The notes under the pieces were generated by a model that saw only the letters and a program-made list of their open reading frames with translations, made no database searches and was not told the DNA's origin. 64,000 nucleotides of DNA from Heterodontus francisci (Eukaryota), in contig NW_027141721.1 of the NCBI RefSeq assembly GCF_036365525.1, positions 62,001 to 126,000 on the forward strand, in the 5' to 3' direction. Made by a program: the position numbers and the translations under genes. Of the stretch, positions 39,046-49,350 are shown piece after piece (position 1 is the first letter of the stretch; the number at the start of each line of letters is the position of its first letter).

Positions 39046-39469
39046 CCTGCGATGCAGTGTTAGAGGGGGCCAATTTGCCACCAATAATATTGTCCTCCTC
39101 AGCACAGATGCCACCGGATGTAAGGAACTATGCATAATGATCCAACAACAAAGCATGTGCTTAGACTACACAGGTCAATGGGATGAACAAATGAGAAACA
39201 TTTCATTGGCTAGTATTGGGTTTTGTTTTGGTGACATCCTGGGACTGTACAGAGGACAACCTCTGATGTCCAGAAGGGCAGAACTGCACAGTCAGAGGGG
39301 GCAATCCTCAGCAATGATTATCCTCCAATCAAAATTGCTCCGACAATAACCACAGATGATCTGGACACTATTGCCTGTTTGATGGATCTTGCTTTGTAGA
39401 AACTGGCTGCCACTGTTCCTATCTTGCAGCAGTGGCTGCACTTCGAAGAAGTACTAGCAACGAATATGG

Positions 39470-40090
39470 GATTAGTAAAGCACTCGGGTTCTTGGGCTTT
39501 ATAAATGGAGGCATGGAGCACAAGCGCTGGGAAGCTATGATGAACCTTTCCAAAGCTCTGGTTAGGCTGTAACTGGAAGTTTGCGTTCAGTTCTGGTCAC
39601 CACACTTTAGGAAGGATGTGAGTGTCCATGACAGGGTGCAAAGGAGATTTTACCAGAATGGTTCCAGGGATGTTACATGGTTATTTTGGAGAATCTGGGG
39701 TTGTTTACCTTGGTGCAAAGGCGATTGAGGGGAGATCTGATAGAGGAAACAAGATTGTGACAGTGTTAGTTAAGGTAGACAGAGTAAACCTGTTCCCATT
39801 AGTGGATGGTGCAAGGACTATTGGTCACAGATTGATGATTCTGGACAATAGATACTGGGGTATTTGAGGAAGAACCTCTATACACAGTGAGTGGTAACAA
39901 CAGGGAATTCACTGCCTACCAGGGTGGTGGAAGTGGAGACAATGAATGATTTCAAAAGGAAATTGATTGGACACTTGAAGGAGATAATCTTGCTGGGCCG
40001 CAGGGATAGAGAGGTAGAATGGGACTGACTGGATTGCATGGACTCGATGGGCAGAATGGCCTCCTTCTGTACCATACAGGCTGTATGACT
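39470..40090 (+). mobile_element. CR1-type LINE 3' fragment
   Basis: CVQFWSPHFRKD and FTRMVPGM motifs, CR1 tail. Confidence 0.75.
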
Positions 40091-40240
40091 TTCTGGCTAA
40101 CTGGCTGTAAAGTGTTTTCAGATGAAATGGTGTTGCAAAGGTCACCAATAGGGATACACAGGGGCTCGTTGGTTTGCTAAGCTTTCACGATGATGCTGCT
40201 CACAGCTGGGTGTTTTAGGGGCAGGTTGGGAGGGTGAGGA

Positions 40241-40279
40241 TGTTTTTGTCTCACTCTGCCGCAGGGTTGTATCGCTGTG
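40241..40279 (-). other. 23-RSS of TRBV F
   Basis: CACAGCG + 23 nt + ACAAAAACA. Confidence 0.92.
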
Positions 40280-40905
40280 CCCATACTCGCTGCACAGTAG
40301 TAGGTCGCAGTGTCTGTCGGCTGGGGGTCGACCAGCTGCAGGGAGAATCGGTTGCTTGCAGCGTCGTGTTGCACAGTGAACCGCTTCTCAAAGCCTGGCC
40401 CACAGCTGCTGTATTCATTGCACATCCACTCTATTGCCTTCCCCTCCTGCCTGTACCAGTGCATGGTGTAGCTGCCCATGCTGGCTCCCTTCAAGCTGCA
40501 GCCGAGGGCGAGGGGCTTCCCCGGTCGAATAGAAGCCGCGGCTGGAGCCTGGACAACAGTGGGTGCAGACTGAACCCCTGGAACACATTCCATAAAAGAA
40601 AGTAATTCAGACTCATGGAAGGAAAATGGTAGCATAAATCATAAAATCTAGCAGAATAGAAAGAGGCCGTTCTGCCCATCGTATCTGCGCTGGCTGTTTG
40701 AAAGAGCTATCGAGTTAGTCTCACTTGCCCCTGCTCCTACCCCATTGCCCTCCCAATTTCCCCGCTCCAAGCCCTGATCCAATAGCCATTTGGGAGATTA
40801 CTATTGAATCTACTTCCTCCTGCTGAAGGGATAGCACTTACAAAAAATCCAATGTCCAAGCAATAAGATGACCAAGATAGAGACGTTTTCAGCTAAGAGT
40901 GCCAT
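40280..40905 (-). CDS. TRBV: V segment family F with very short CDR2 (intact)
   Basis: Leader 40905-40842 MALLAENVSILVILLLGHWIF; V exon 40577-40280 VQSAPTVVQAP..LGC..WYRQEGKAIEWMCNEYSSCGPGFEKRF..DTATYYCAASMG. Confidence 0.82.
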
Positions 40906-41199
40906 CGTCCTTCTCAGAAGCAGAGAGGCAGCCCTTACTGAGCAACAAGCCAGCGCCTGGTAAATGGAAATGCCACCGGTTGTGATGAAGAGAGTGGAAC
41001 GATTGGCCGCCCATCCTGTACCTCGACCACGCCTGTCAGCAGAGTGAACAAATGAGGAGCACTTCCGTCGGCAACATTGCTGTTATTTATGCAGATTGCT
41101 GCAAGCCCCTGAGCCCGACTTTCCCTCTTCCCTTCCCAACATTCCCACCTTTCCTTCCATGGAATATTGCCTTATTTTTTGATTGGTCAGGAACGTGCT

Positions 41200-42650
41200 G
41201 ACCATGTGAAAGATAGGTAGGAAAACAAATTGTGAGGAGGGCACAAAGAGTCTGCAGAGGGTTATAGATAGGTTAAGTAAGTGGGCAAAAATTGCCAGAT
41301 GGAGTATACTGTGGGCAAATGTGAGCTTGCCCACTTTGGCAGGAAGAATGGGAATTCAGAATATTATTTAAATAGAGAGAGACTGCAGGTCTCTACAGGA
41401 CAGAGGGATCTGCGTGTCCTGGTACGTGAATCACAAAAAGTCAGCATGTAGGTACAGCGAGTGATTAGGGCGGCAAATGAAATGTTGTTGTTTATTGCAA
41501 GGGGAATAGAATATAAAAGTAGGGAAGTGTTGCTACAGCTGTACAGGGCCTTAGTTAGACCACATCTGGAGTACTGAGTAAAGTATTGGTCTACGTAATT
41601 AAGAAAGGACATAAATGCATTGGAATTAGTTCAGAGAAGGTTCACTCGGCTGATACCTGGAATGAAGGGGTTGTCTTATGAGGAAATGTTGAGCAGTTTG
41701 AGCCGATACCCACTGGAGTTTAGAAGAATGAGAGGTGATCTTACCGAGACATGTAATATTTTAAGGGGGATTGACAGCTTGGAAGCCGAGAGGATGTTTC
41801 CCCCTGGTGGGCGAATCTAGAACTAGGCAGCATAATTTCAAAATAAGTGATTGGCAGATGGAGTAAAATGTGGGGAAGAATGAGGTTGTTCACTTTGGTT
41901 GTAAGAATATAATTTTTTACAAGGCGTGAATCTTCTCGATGTTGATGTTCAGAGAGGCTTGGGTGTCCCCGTACATGAGACTCAGTAAGTTCACATGCAG
42001 GTGCAGCAAGAAATTAGCAAGGCAAATGGCCTGTTGGCCTTTATTGCAAGTGGGATTGGAGTACAGGAATAAGGAAGTCTTGTTACAATTGGCCAGCGCT
42101 TTGGTAAGATCACACCTGCTTTACTGTACACAGTTGTGGTCTCCATATCCGAGGAAGGCTACACTTGCCTTGGTGGCAGTACAACGAAGGGTCACTCCAT
42201 TGGTTCCTGGGATGAGAGGTTTGTCCTATGATGAGAGAGCCTGTAGTCTATGGAGTTTAGAAGAATGAAAGGTGATCTCAGTGAAACATACAAGATTCTG
42301 AAGGTGCTTGACTGGGTAAACACTGAGAAGTTGCTTCCCCTGGCTGGGGAATCTATTTCAGCCTCAGGATAAGGGGCCAAGCATTTGGGACTGAGATAAG
42401 GAGAGGTTTCTTCACTCAAAGGGTGGTAAATCTTTGGAATTCTCTACCCTCGGGGGTGGTGGATGCTCCATTATTGAATATATTTCAGGTTGTGATAGAC
42501 AGATATGTGGTCACTCAGGGACTGAAGGGATATGGGGAGCGGGTGGAAAAGTGGAGTTGAGTTCGAGGATCAGTCATGATGGAATTGAATGACAGAGCAG
42601 GATCGACGGGCCGAATAGTCCACTCCTGCTCCGATTTCTCATGTTATTCT
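41200..42650 (+). mobile_element. Two adjacent CR1-type LINE 3' fragments
   Basis: QRRFTRLIPGMKGLSYEE..RRMRGDL and a second similar RT tail. Confidence 0.8.
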
Positions 42651-42989
42651 AAAATCTAGTCATTTGATTCATGATGATTCCATTAACACAATCGAAAAAC
42701 CCGTTAACTTTTACTGCAGGCTCTTTACATCAGTCTTCACCCTTCAATGATCTGACCAGAATAATTCTCTGCTGACCTTTTTCAGTGTCTTCCCTGCAAG
42801 TGATACTTGGATTCATTTCTGGCCCCATCAACGTACATAACACAACATTTGCCTAAATTTAATGCCAGTTGCCATTGTGTGGCCTAATCCCCTGCCACAG
42901 GTAAATCACTTTGGATTCCACAGGACCCCTCTACTGTCTTAACCCGTGCACAGATTTTAGTGACATCTGCAAACATTCTTTTATTACTT

Positions 42990-43385
42990 CATTGGACGTG
43001 GGAATCACTGGCCAGGCCAGCAATTATTGCCCATCCCTAATCGCCCTTGAGAAGGTGGTGGTGAGCTGCCTTCTTGAGCCACTGCAGTCCATGTGAGGTA
43101 AGTACACCCACAGTGCTGTTAGGAAGGGAGTTCCAGGAGTTTGACCCAGTGACAGTGAAGGAACGGCGATATAGTTCCAAGTCAGGATGGTGTGTGACTT
43201 GGAGGGGAACTTGCAGGTGGTGGTGTTCCCATGCGTTTGCTGCACTTGTCCTTCTAGATTGAGGTCGCGGGTTTGGAAGGTGGTGTCGAAGGAGCCTTGG
43301 TGCGTTACTGCAGTGCATTGTGTAGCTGGTGCACACTGCTGCCACTGTACGTTGGTGGTGGAGGGAGTGAATATATAAGGTGGTG
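42990..43385 (-). mobile_element. LINE 3' fragment ('a' copy)
   Basis: Same family as 885-1480. Confidence 0.75.
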
Positions 43386-43479
43386 CTTGTTTAGTTAGAT
43401 TCCCCCAGCTGTTGTGGTGGGATTTGAACTCCTGTGCTCTGGATCATTCGGTCGAAGCCTCTGTATTACTAGTCCCAGT

Positions 43480-44448
43480 TTTCTTTTGGGCCTCCTTATC
43501 TCGGGAGACAATGGATACGCGCCTGGAGGTGGTCAGTGGTTTGTGAAGCAGTGCCTGGAGTGGCTATAAAGGCCAATTCTGGAGTGACAGGGTCTTCCAC
43601 AGGTGCTGCAGAGAAATTTGTTTGTCGGGGCTGTTGCACAGTTGGCTCTCCCCTTGCGCCTCTGTCTTTTGTCCTGCCAACTGCTAAGTCTCTTCGACTC
43701 GCCACACTTTAGCCCCGCCCTTATGGCTGCCCGCCAGTTCTGGCGAACGCTGGCAACTGACTCCCACGACTTGTGATCAATGTCACAGGATTTCATGTCG
43801 CGTTTGCAGACGTCTTTATAGCGGAGTCATGGACGGCCGGTGGGTCTGATACCAGTGGCGAGCTCGCTGTACAATGTGTCTTTGGGGATCCTGCCATCTT
43901 CCATGCGGCTCACATGGCCAAGCCATCTCAAGCGCCGCTGACTCAGCAGCCTGTGCAAGCTGGGGGTGTTGGCCGCTTCAAGACTTCTGTGTTGGAGATA
44001 TAGTCCTGCCACCTGATGCCAAGTATTCTCCGGAGGCAGCGAAGATGGAATGAATTGAGACATCGCTCTTGGCTGGCATACGTTGTCCAGGCCTCGCTGC
44101 CGTAGAGCAAGGTACTGAGGACACAGGCCTGATACACTCGGACTTTTGTGTTCCGTGTCAGTGCGCCATTTTCCCACACTCTCTTGGCCAGTCTGGACAT
44201 AGCAGTGGAAGCCTTACCCATGCGCTTGTTGATTTCTGCATCTAGAGACAGGTTACTGGTGAGAGTTGAGCCTAGGTAGGTGAACTCTTGAACCACTTCC
44301 AGAGCGTGGTCGCCAATATTGATGGATGGAGCATTTCTGACGTCCTGCCCCATGATGTTCGTTTTCTTGAGGCTGATGGTTCGGCCAAATTCATTGCAGG
44401 CAGACGCAAACCTGTCGATGACTCTGCAGGCATTCTTCAGTGTGAGAT
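43480..44448 (-). mobile_element. RTE-clade LINE, 5'-truncated, little decayed
   Basis: KTNIM..FTYLGS..VLSTLLYGSEAW..CLRRILGIRWQD plus C-terminal CSTCGRPCHSRIGLYSH zinc finger; empty site AGTCCCAGT|AACATAAC in the paralog at ~48966. Confidence 0.9.
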
Positions 44449-44512
44449 GTAACATAACAGCAATGCTACCATACCCCCAGAGACTGGGGTAAGGTGTATT
44501 ACAGAATTCCCA

Positions 44513-44543
44513 AGTTTTTGCTTTGCATTCTAGTTGCACTGTG
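44513..44543 (-). other. Orphan RSS with 15-nt spacer; its V exon is deleted
   Basis: CACAGTG + CAACTAGAATGCAAA + GCAAAAACT; paralog of RSS 49029-49067. Confidence 0.75.
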
Positions 44544-44914
44544 TGAGAATGGGTGTGTGTGTGAGAGACAGAAAGAGCAACAGAGCTGAGAGGAAATGAG
44601 AGAAGGAAAGAGAGACAGGGATAAAGAAAGAGAATGAGAGTGAGTGTGTGTGAGAGAGGAAAGATAACAAGAGCAACAGAGACAGAGAAACAGGCATGAA
44701 GAGAGAGAGAAAGGAAACAATTTTACAGAACAATGTAAACGATGTTTTTTTTAATCAATATTGGTGAAGTCTGATGTGTTTCCTGGTGCTAGCTCGCCCT
44801 CTGCTGTCCCCCTGGAGGAGAAAACCCCCCAAAAATACAAAAACAACTGCAGCAGAAAAAAACACTAACAAATTCAACAATAACTTCAACAGGAAAAAAA
44901 AAGCACCAATGAAA

Positions 44915-45241
44915 AGGGCGACACAGTGGCCCAGTTGTTAGCACCGCAGCCTCATAGCTCCAGCGACCCGGGTTCAATTCTGGGTACTGCCTGTGTGGAG
45001 TTTGCAAGTTCTCCCTGTGTCTGCGTACTTTCCTCTGGGTTCTCCGGATTCCTCCCACATGCCATTATAAATTGCCCGTGGTATAGGTAGGTGGTAGCGA
45101 AATACAGGGACAGGTGGGGATGTGGTTGGAATATGGAATTCGTGTCGGATTAGTATAAATGGGTGATTGATGGTCGGCACAGACTTAGTGGGCCAAAGGG
45201 CCTGTTTCAGTGCTGTATCTCTAAACTAAACTCTAAACTAA
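44915..45241 (+). mobile_element. tRNA-derived elasmobranch SINE (HE1-like)
   Basis: A/B boxes (TGGCCCAGTTGTT; GGTTCAATTCT), CR1-like tail, (CTAAA)n end; other copies at 49893-50218 (minus) and ~46500-46710 (3' half). Confidence 0.8.
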
Positions 45242-45699
45242 ACAACTTCAACAGGAAAAACACCAACAAATTGAACAACAACTTATTACAGGATAAACAT
45301 CAACAAATTCAACAACAACTTCAACAGGACATAACACCAATAACTTCAACAACAACTGCAGCAGGATAAAAACACCAACAAATTCAACAACAACCTCAAC
45401 AGGAAAAACACCATCAAATTCAACAACAATTGCAACAGGAAAAACACCAACAATGCCAACAACAGCTTTAGCAGGAGAAAAACACCAACAAAGTCAACAA
45501 CAACTTCAGCAGGAAAAACAGCAACAAATTCAACAACAACCTCAACAGGAAAAACACCAACAAACTCAACAACAACTTCAGCAGGATCTGCACGTTGTCT
45601 GTTCCTGGGATCTTGCCTTGTAGAAAGTGGCTGCCACTGTTCCTACATTACATCAGGGGCCGTACTTCGAAACAGTAACAAAGAATATGGGAATAGAAA

Positions 45700-46040
45700 A
45701 ACCTGAGATTAGCAAAAAATGCGAGATCTTGGGCTTCATAAATAGAGGCACTGCCTACAAAAACTGGGAAGTTATGCTGAACCTTTATAATGCTCTAGTG
45801 AGGCCACAACTGGAGAATTGCATCCAGTTCAGGTCAAAACACTTTCGGAAGGAGGTGAGGGTCATTGAGAGGGTGCAGAGGAGATTTACCAGAATGGTTC
45901 CAGGAATGGAGGATTTCAGTTACAAGGTTAGGTTGGAGAAGCTGGGGTTGTTCTCCCTGGAGAAACTGAGATTGAGTGGAGACCTGATAGAGGTGTACAA
46001 GATTGTGACAGGTTTAGATAAAGATCACAAAGAAAAGCTG
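45700..46040 (+). mobile_element. CR1 LINE fragment (paralog at ~51700-52030)
   Basis: ILGFINRG..RPQLENCIQF..QRRFTRMVPGM. Confidence 0.8.
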
Positions 46041-46044
46041 CTAC

Positions 46045-46850
46045 TCATCCAGGAGTCAGTCCCCCAGCTCCACTGACTTGTCCCACAGTGTTGGTGTTCC
46101 TGCTCCTCACCCAGGCGTCAGTGCTCCAGCTCCACTGACCAGTCCCACAGTGTTGGTGTTCCTGCTCCTCACCCAGGCGTCAGTCCCCCAGCTCCACTGA
46201 CTAGTCCCACAGTGTTGGTGTTCCTGCTACTCACCCAGGCGTCAGTCCTCCAGCTCCACTGACTAGTCCCACAGTGTTGGTGTTCCTGCTGCTCACCCAG
46301 GAGTCAGTCCTCCAGCTCCACTGACTAGTCCCACAGTGTTGGTGTTCCTGCTGCTCACCCAGGAGTCAGTCCTCCAGCTCCACTGACTAGTCCCACAGTC
46401 TTGGTGTTCCTGCTCCTCACCCAGGCGTCAGTGCTCCAGCTCCACTGACCAGTCCCACAGTGTTGGTGTTCCTGCTCCTCACCCAGGCGTCAGTGCTCCA
46501 AGCCAAAAGACTTGCAGGTTGATAGGTAAATTGGCCATTATAAATTGTCACTAGTATAGGTAGGTGGGAGGGAAATATTGGGACAGGTGGGGATGTTTGG
46601 TCGGAATATGGGATTAGTGTAGGATTAGAATAAATGGGTGGTTGATGGTCGGCACAGACTCGGTGGGCCGAAGGGCCTGTTTCAGTGCTGTATCTCTAAT
46701 CTAATCTAATCTTCCTGCTTCTCACCCAGGCGTCAGTCCACCAGCTCCACTGACGAGTCCCACAGTGTTGGTGTTCCTGCTACTCACCCAGGCGTCAGTC
46801 CACCAGCTCCACTGACTAGTCCCACAGTCTTGGTGTTCCTGCTCCTCGCT
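46045..46850. repeat. 62-bp minisatellite containing CACAGTG, interrupted by a SINE fragment
   Basis: Heptamers at 46084, 46146, 46208, 46270, 46332, 46456 and later; about one unit in the paralog at ~52035-52100. Confidence 0.85.
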
Positions 46851-47474
46851 CCAGCTGCAGGGAATATACAGCACAGAAACAGGCCATTCGTTCCGATACA
46901 TCCATGCTGGTCTTTTTGGTCCACACGAACGTTGTTCCACGCCCTCTTCATCTCGCCCCCAGCCAGATATCCTTCTGTTCCTCTCTCCCTCATGTCCTAT
47001 CCAGCTTCCCCTCAGCTTAAATATATCTTCCCTATTCCCCTCAGCCTGTGATAATGAGTTCCACATTCTCCCCACTCTCTGGGTGAAGATGTTTCTCCCG
47101 GATTCCCAATTGGATTTATGGCTGACTGTCTGATATTGATGCCCCACCCCTTTTTCTGGTCTCACCTGCAAGTGAAAAAAAACTTCTCTACATTTATCTG
47201 ATCAAAAACCCTTTCATAATCTTAAAGAGCTCTATCAGGGCACTCCTGAGCCTTCTCTTTTCAAGCGAAAAGAGCCCAATCTGTTCAGTCTTTTTCTGAT
47301 CATTGTAACCTCCCAGTTCTCGTATCATCCTTGAAGATATTTCCGTGCAACATTTCCCCGAGGTTCAATGCAACCCGTGTCTTCATCATGTCAAAGACAT
47401 GTTCACACTGCAATAGGTAAACCCAACAGGATACAGAGCTGCCGGCATTTATCTGAAACAGGTGTTTCTCTTGG

Positions 47475-48005
47475 TGTTTTTGTTGCACTGCTCCATCTCT
47501 CTGAGTCACTGTGCTGACTCCAGGCACAGAAATATAGGGCTGAGTGATTCTCCCGCAGGTTGGTGGACTTCAGGTTGAACTGGGAGCCAGTCGGTCTCTT
47601 GGCATTGAAACCCTCCACCGTCCCCTCTGAGTTCACACCTGGTGTAGCTGCGGAGTAAAACATCAGCCGCGGCTCCTTCCCCGGTCCTGTCTGTACCAGA
47701 ACATGGAACCGCAACTCTCACCCTCCACACGGCACTCCAGTCCCACTCCCTCCCCAGGAAATCTGGAGATGGCGGTGGGAGTCTGGCGGACCCTCGTGGA
47801 GATTGCGCCTGGGGGAAGAGACCGGGAGAGAAGAAAGTCAGTGAACATGGACAATCTGGGATGCGAAGAATGAAGGAAGAAGAGAAAGATAGAGAGAAAG
47901 AAAATAAGAAAGAGAGCTGTTGATAAAAACAATGGGGGTGTGGGGTGGTGGTGAGAAAGATCCCTTACTTTGAAATAAGACCATGAGACTCAGTAACAGA
48001 TACAT
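47475..48005 (-). pseudogene. TRBV: TRBV family B copy 7 pseudogene with 23-RSS
   Basis: Leader 48005-47969; V exon 47808-47514 with a 1-nt frameshift after WYRQ; RSS CACAGTG-23-ACAAAAACA at 47513-47475. Confidence 0.88.
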
Positions 48006-48469
48006 CTTCCACTGGAAGCTTATCCTGCAATTGGGAAATCAGTGGAAAGAAGAGAGTTGAGTCTTGTGAGGAGCCACATGTAGACTCAAGCAAGTGATTC
48101 AGGTTTGCACAACACCTCCCTCCCTGATGGGGAACCCACGCCCCTCTCTCTACCATTGGCTGCCAGTAGTTGCTGTTGCATTTGTTGGTATCATTCTGCT
48201 GCTGAAGTTGTTGTTGTATTTGCTGGTGTTTTCCTCCGACTGAGGTTGTTGAATTTGTTGGTGTTTGAATCTCCTGCTGATCTGTTGTTGAATTTGTTGG
48301 CCTTGTTCTCCTGCTGAGGTAGTTGTTGTGTTGGTTGGTGTTTTCCCTGCTGAGGTTTTTGTTGTACTTGTTGTTTTCTTCCCTGTTTAAATTGTTGTTC
48401 AATTTGGTTTTTGCATGTTGAGGTTGTTGATGTATTTTTGGTGCGGTTATTTTCTATTTTTTAATTCAT

Positions 48470-48870
48470 TCATGGGATTTTGGGCGATGCTGGTTGAGGT
48501 CAGCATTTATTGTCCATCCCTAATTGCCCCTTGAGAAGGTGGTGGTGAGCTGCCTTCGTGAACCACTGCAGTCCATGTAGTGTCGGTACACCCACAGTGC
48601 TGTTAGGAAGGGAGTTTCAGGATTTTGACCCAGCGACAATGAAGGAACGGTGATATAGTTCCAAGTCACGATGGTGTGTGACTTGGAGGGGACCTTGCAG
48701 GCGGTGGTGTCCCCATGATTCTGCTGCCCTTGTCCATCTAGTTGGTAGAGGCCGCGGGTTTGGAAGGTGCTGTCGAAGGAGCCTTGGTGCATTCCTGCAG
48801 TGCTTTTTGCAGCTGGGACATACTGCTTCCACTGTGCGTCGGTGGTGGTGGGAGTGAATATTTAAGGTGG
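48470..48870 (-). mobile_element. Chimeric LINE 3' fragment at the duplication junction
   Basis: Left flank matches ~53371, right flank matches ~43381. Confidence 0.7.
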
Positions 48871-49028
48871 TGTTTGTTTAGCTAGATTCCCCCAGCAGCT
48901 GTGGTGGGATTTGAACTCCTGTGCTCTGGATCATTCAGTCGAGGCCTCTGGATTACTAGTCCCAGTAACATAACAGCGATACTACCATACCCCCAAAGAC
49001 TGGGGGAAGGTGTATTACATCATTCCCG

Positions 49029-49350
49029 AGTTTATGCCGTGTTTCCTTGCATTCTAGTTACACTGTGTGTGTACTTGTGAGCCGCGCAGTAGTAAGTGAT
49101 GTTGTCTTGTGCACGGGAGCTTTTCAAGGACAGAGTCAAAGTGTTGGCTTGAGTCTCGTGCTGGGTTTCAATCCTTTTCCTGCATTTAGATGCAGAAAGT
49201 ACACTCTATCTAATCCATTCCAGGCAGTCACCAATCTGCAAGTACCAGTCCATACCAGTCATGTTGCCCTGCCCAATACTGCTGTGGAACGTGGTTTCCT
49301 CCCCAGGAACCAGGGCGTTGGCCGCCGGGGACTGGAGAACCATCTAACAT
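49029..49350 (-). pseudogene. TRBV: V pseudogene, family G (F-like short CDR2), with 23-RSS; not shown in the ORF track
   Basis: MVLQSPAANALVPGEETTFHSSIGQGNMTGMDWYLQIGDCLEWIR*..QDNITYYCAAHKYT; CACAGTG-23-GCATAAACT at 49067-49029. Confidence 0.8.

Noticed and set aside
40280-40577. IgHV, VNAR or NAR-TCR V identity
   Set aside because: Lies among TRBV genes, ends YYCAAS, has its own leader, and shows no dedicated D-J or leaderless supporting V; needs a phylogeny to exclude fully
44513-44543. 12-RSS or a D/J segment
   Set aside because: The spacer is 15 nt and derives from the paralogous 23-RSS by deletion; no J motif or paired RSS nearby
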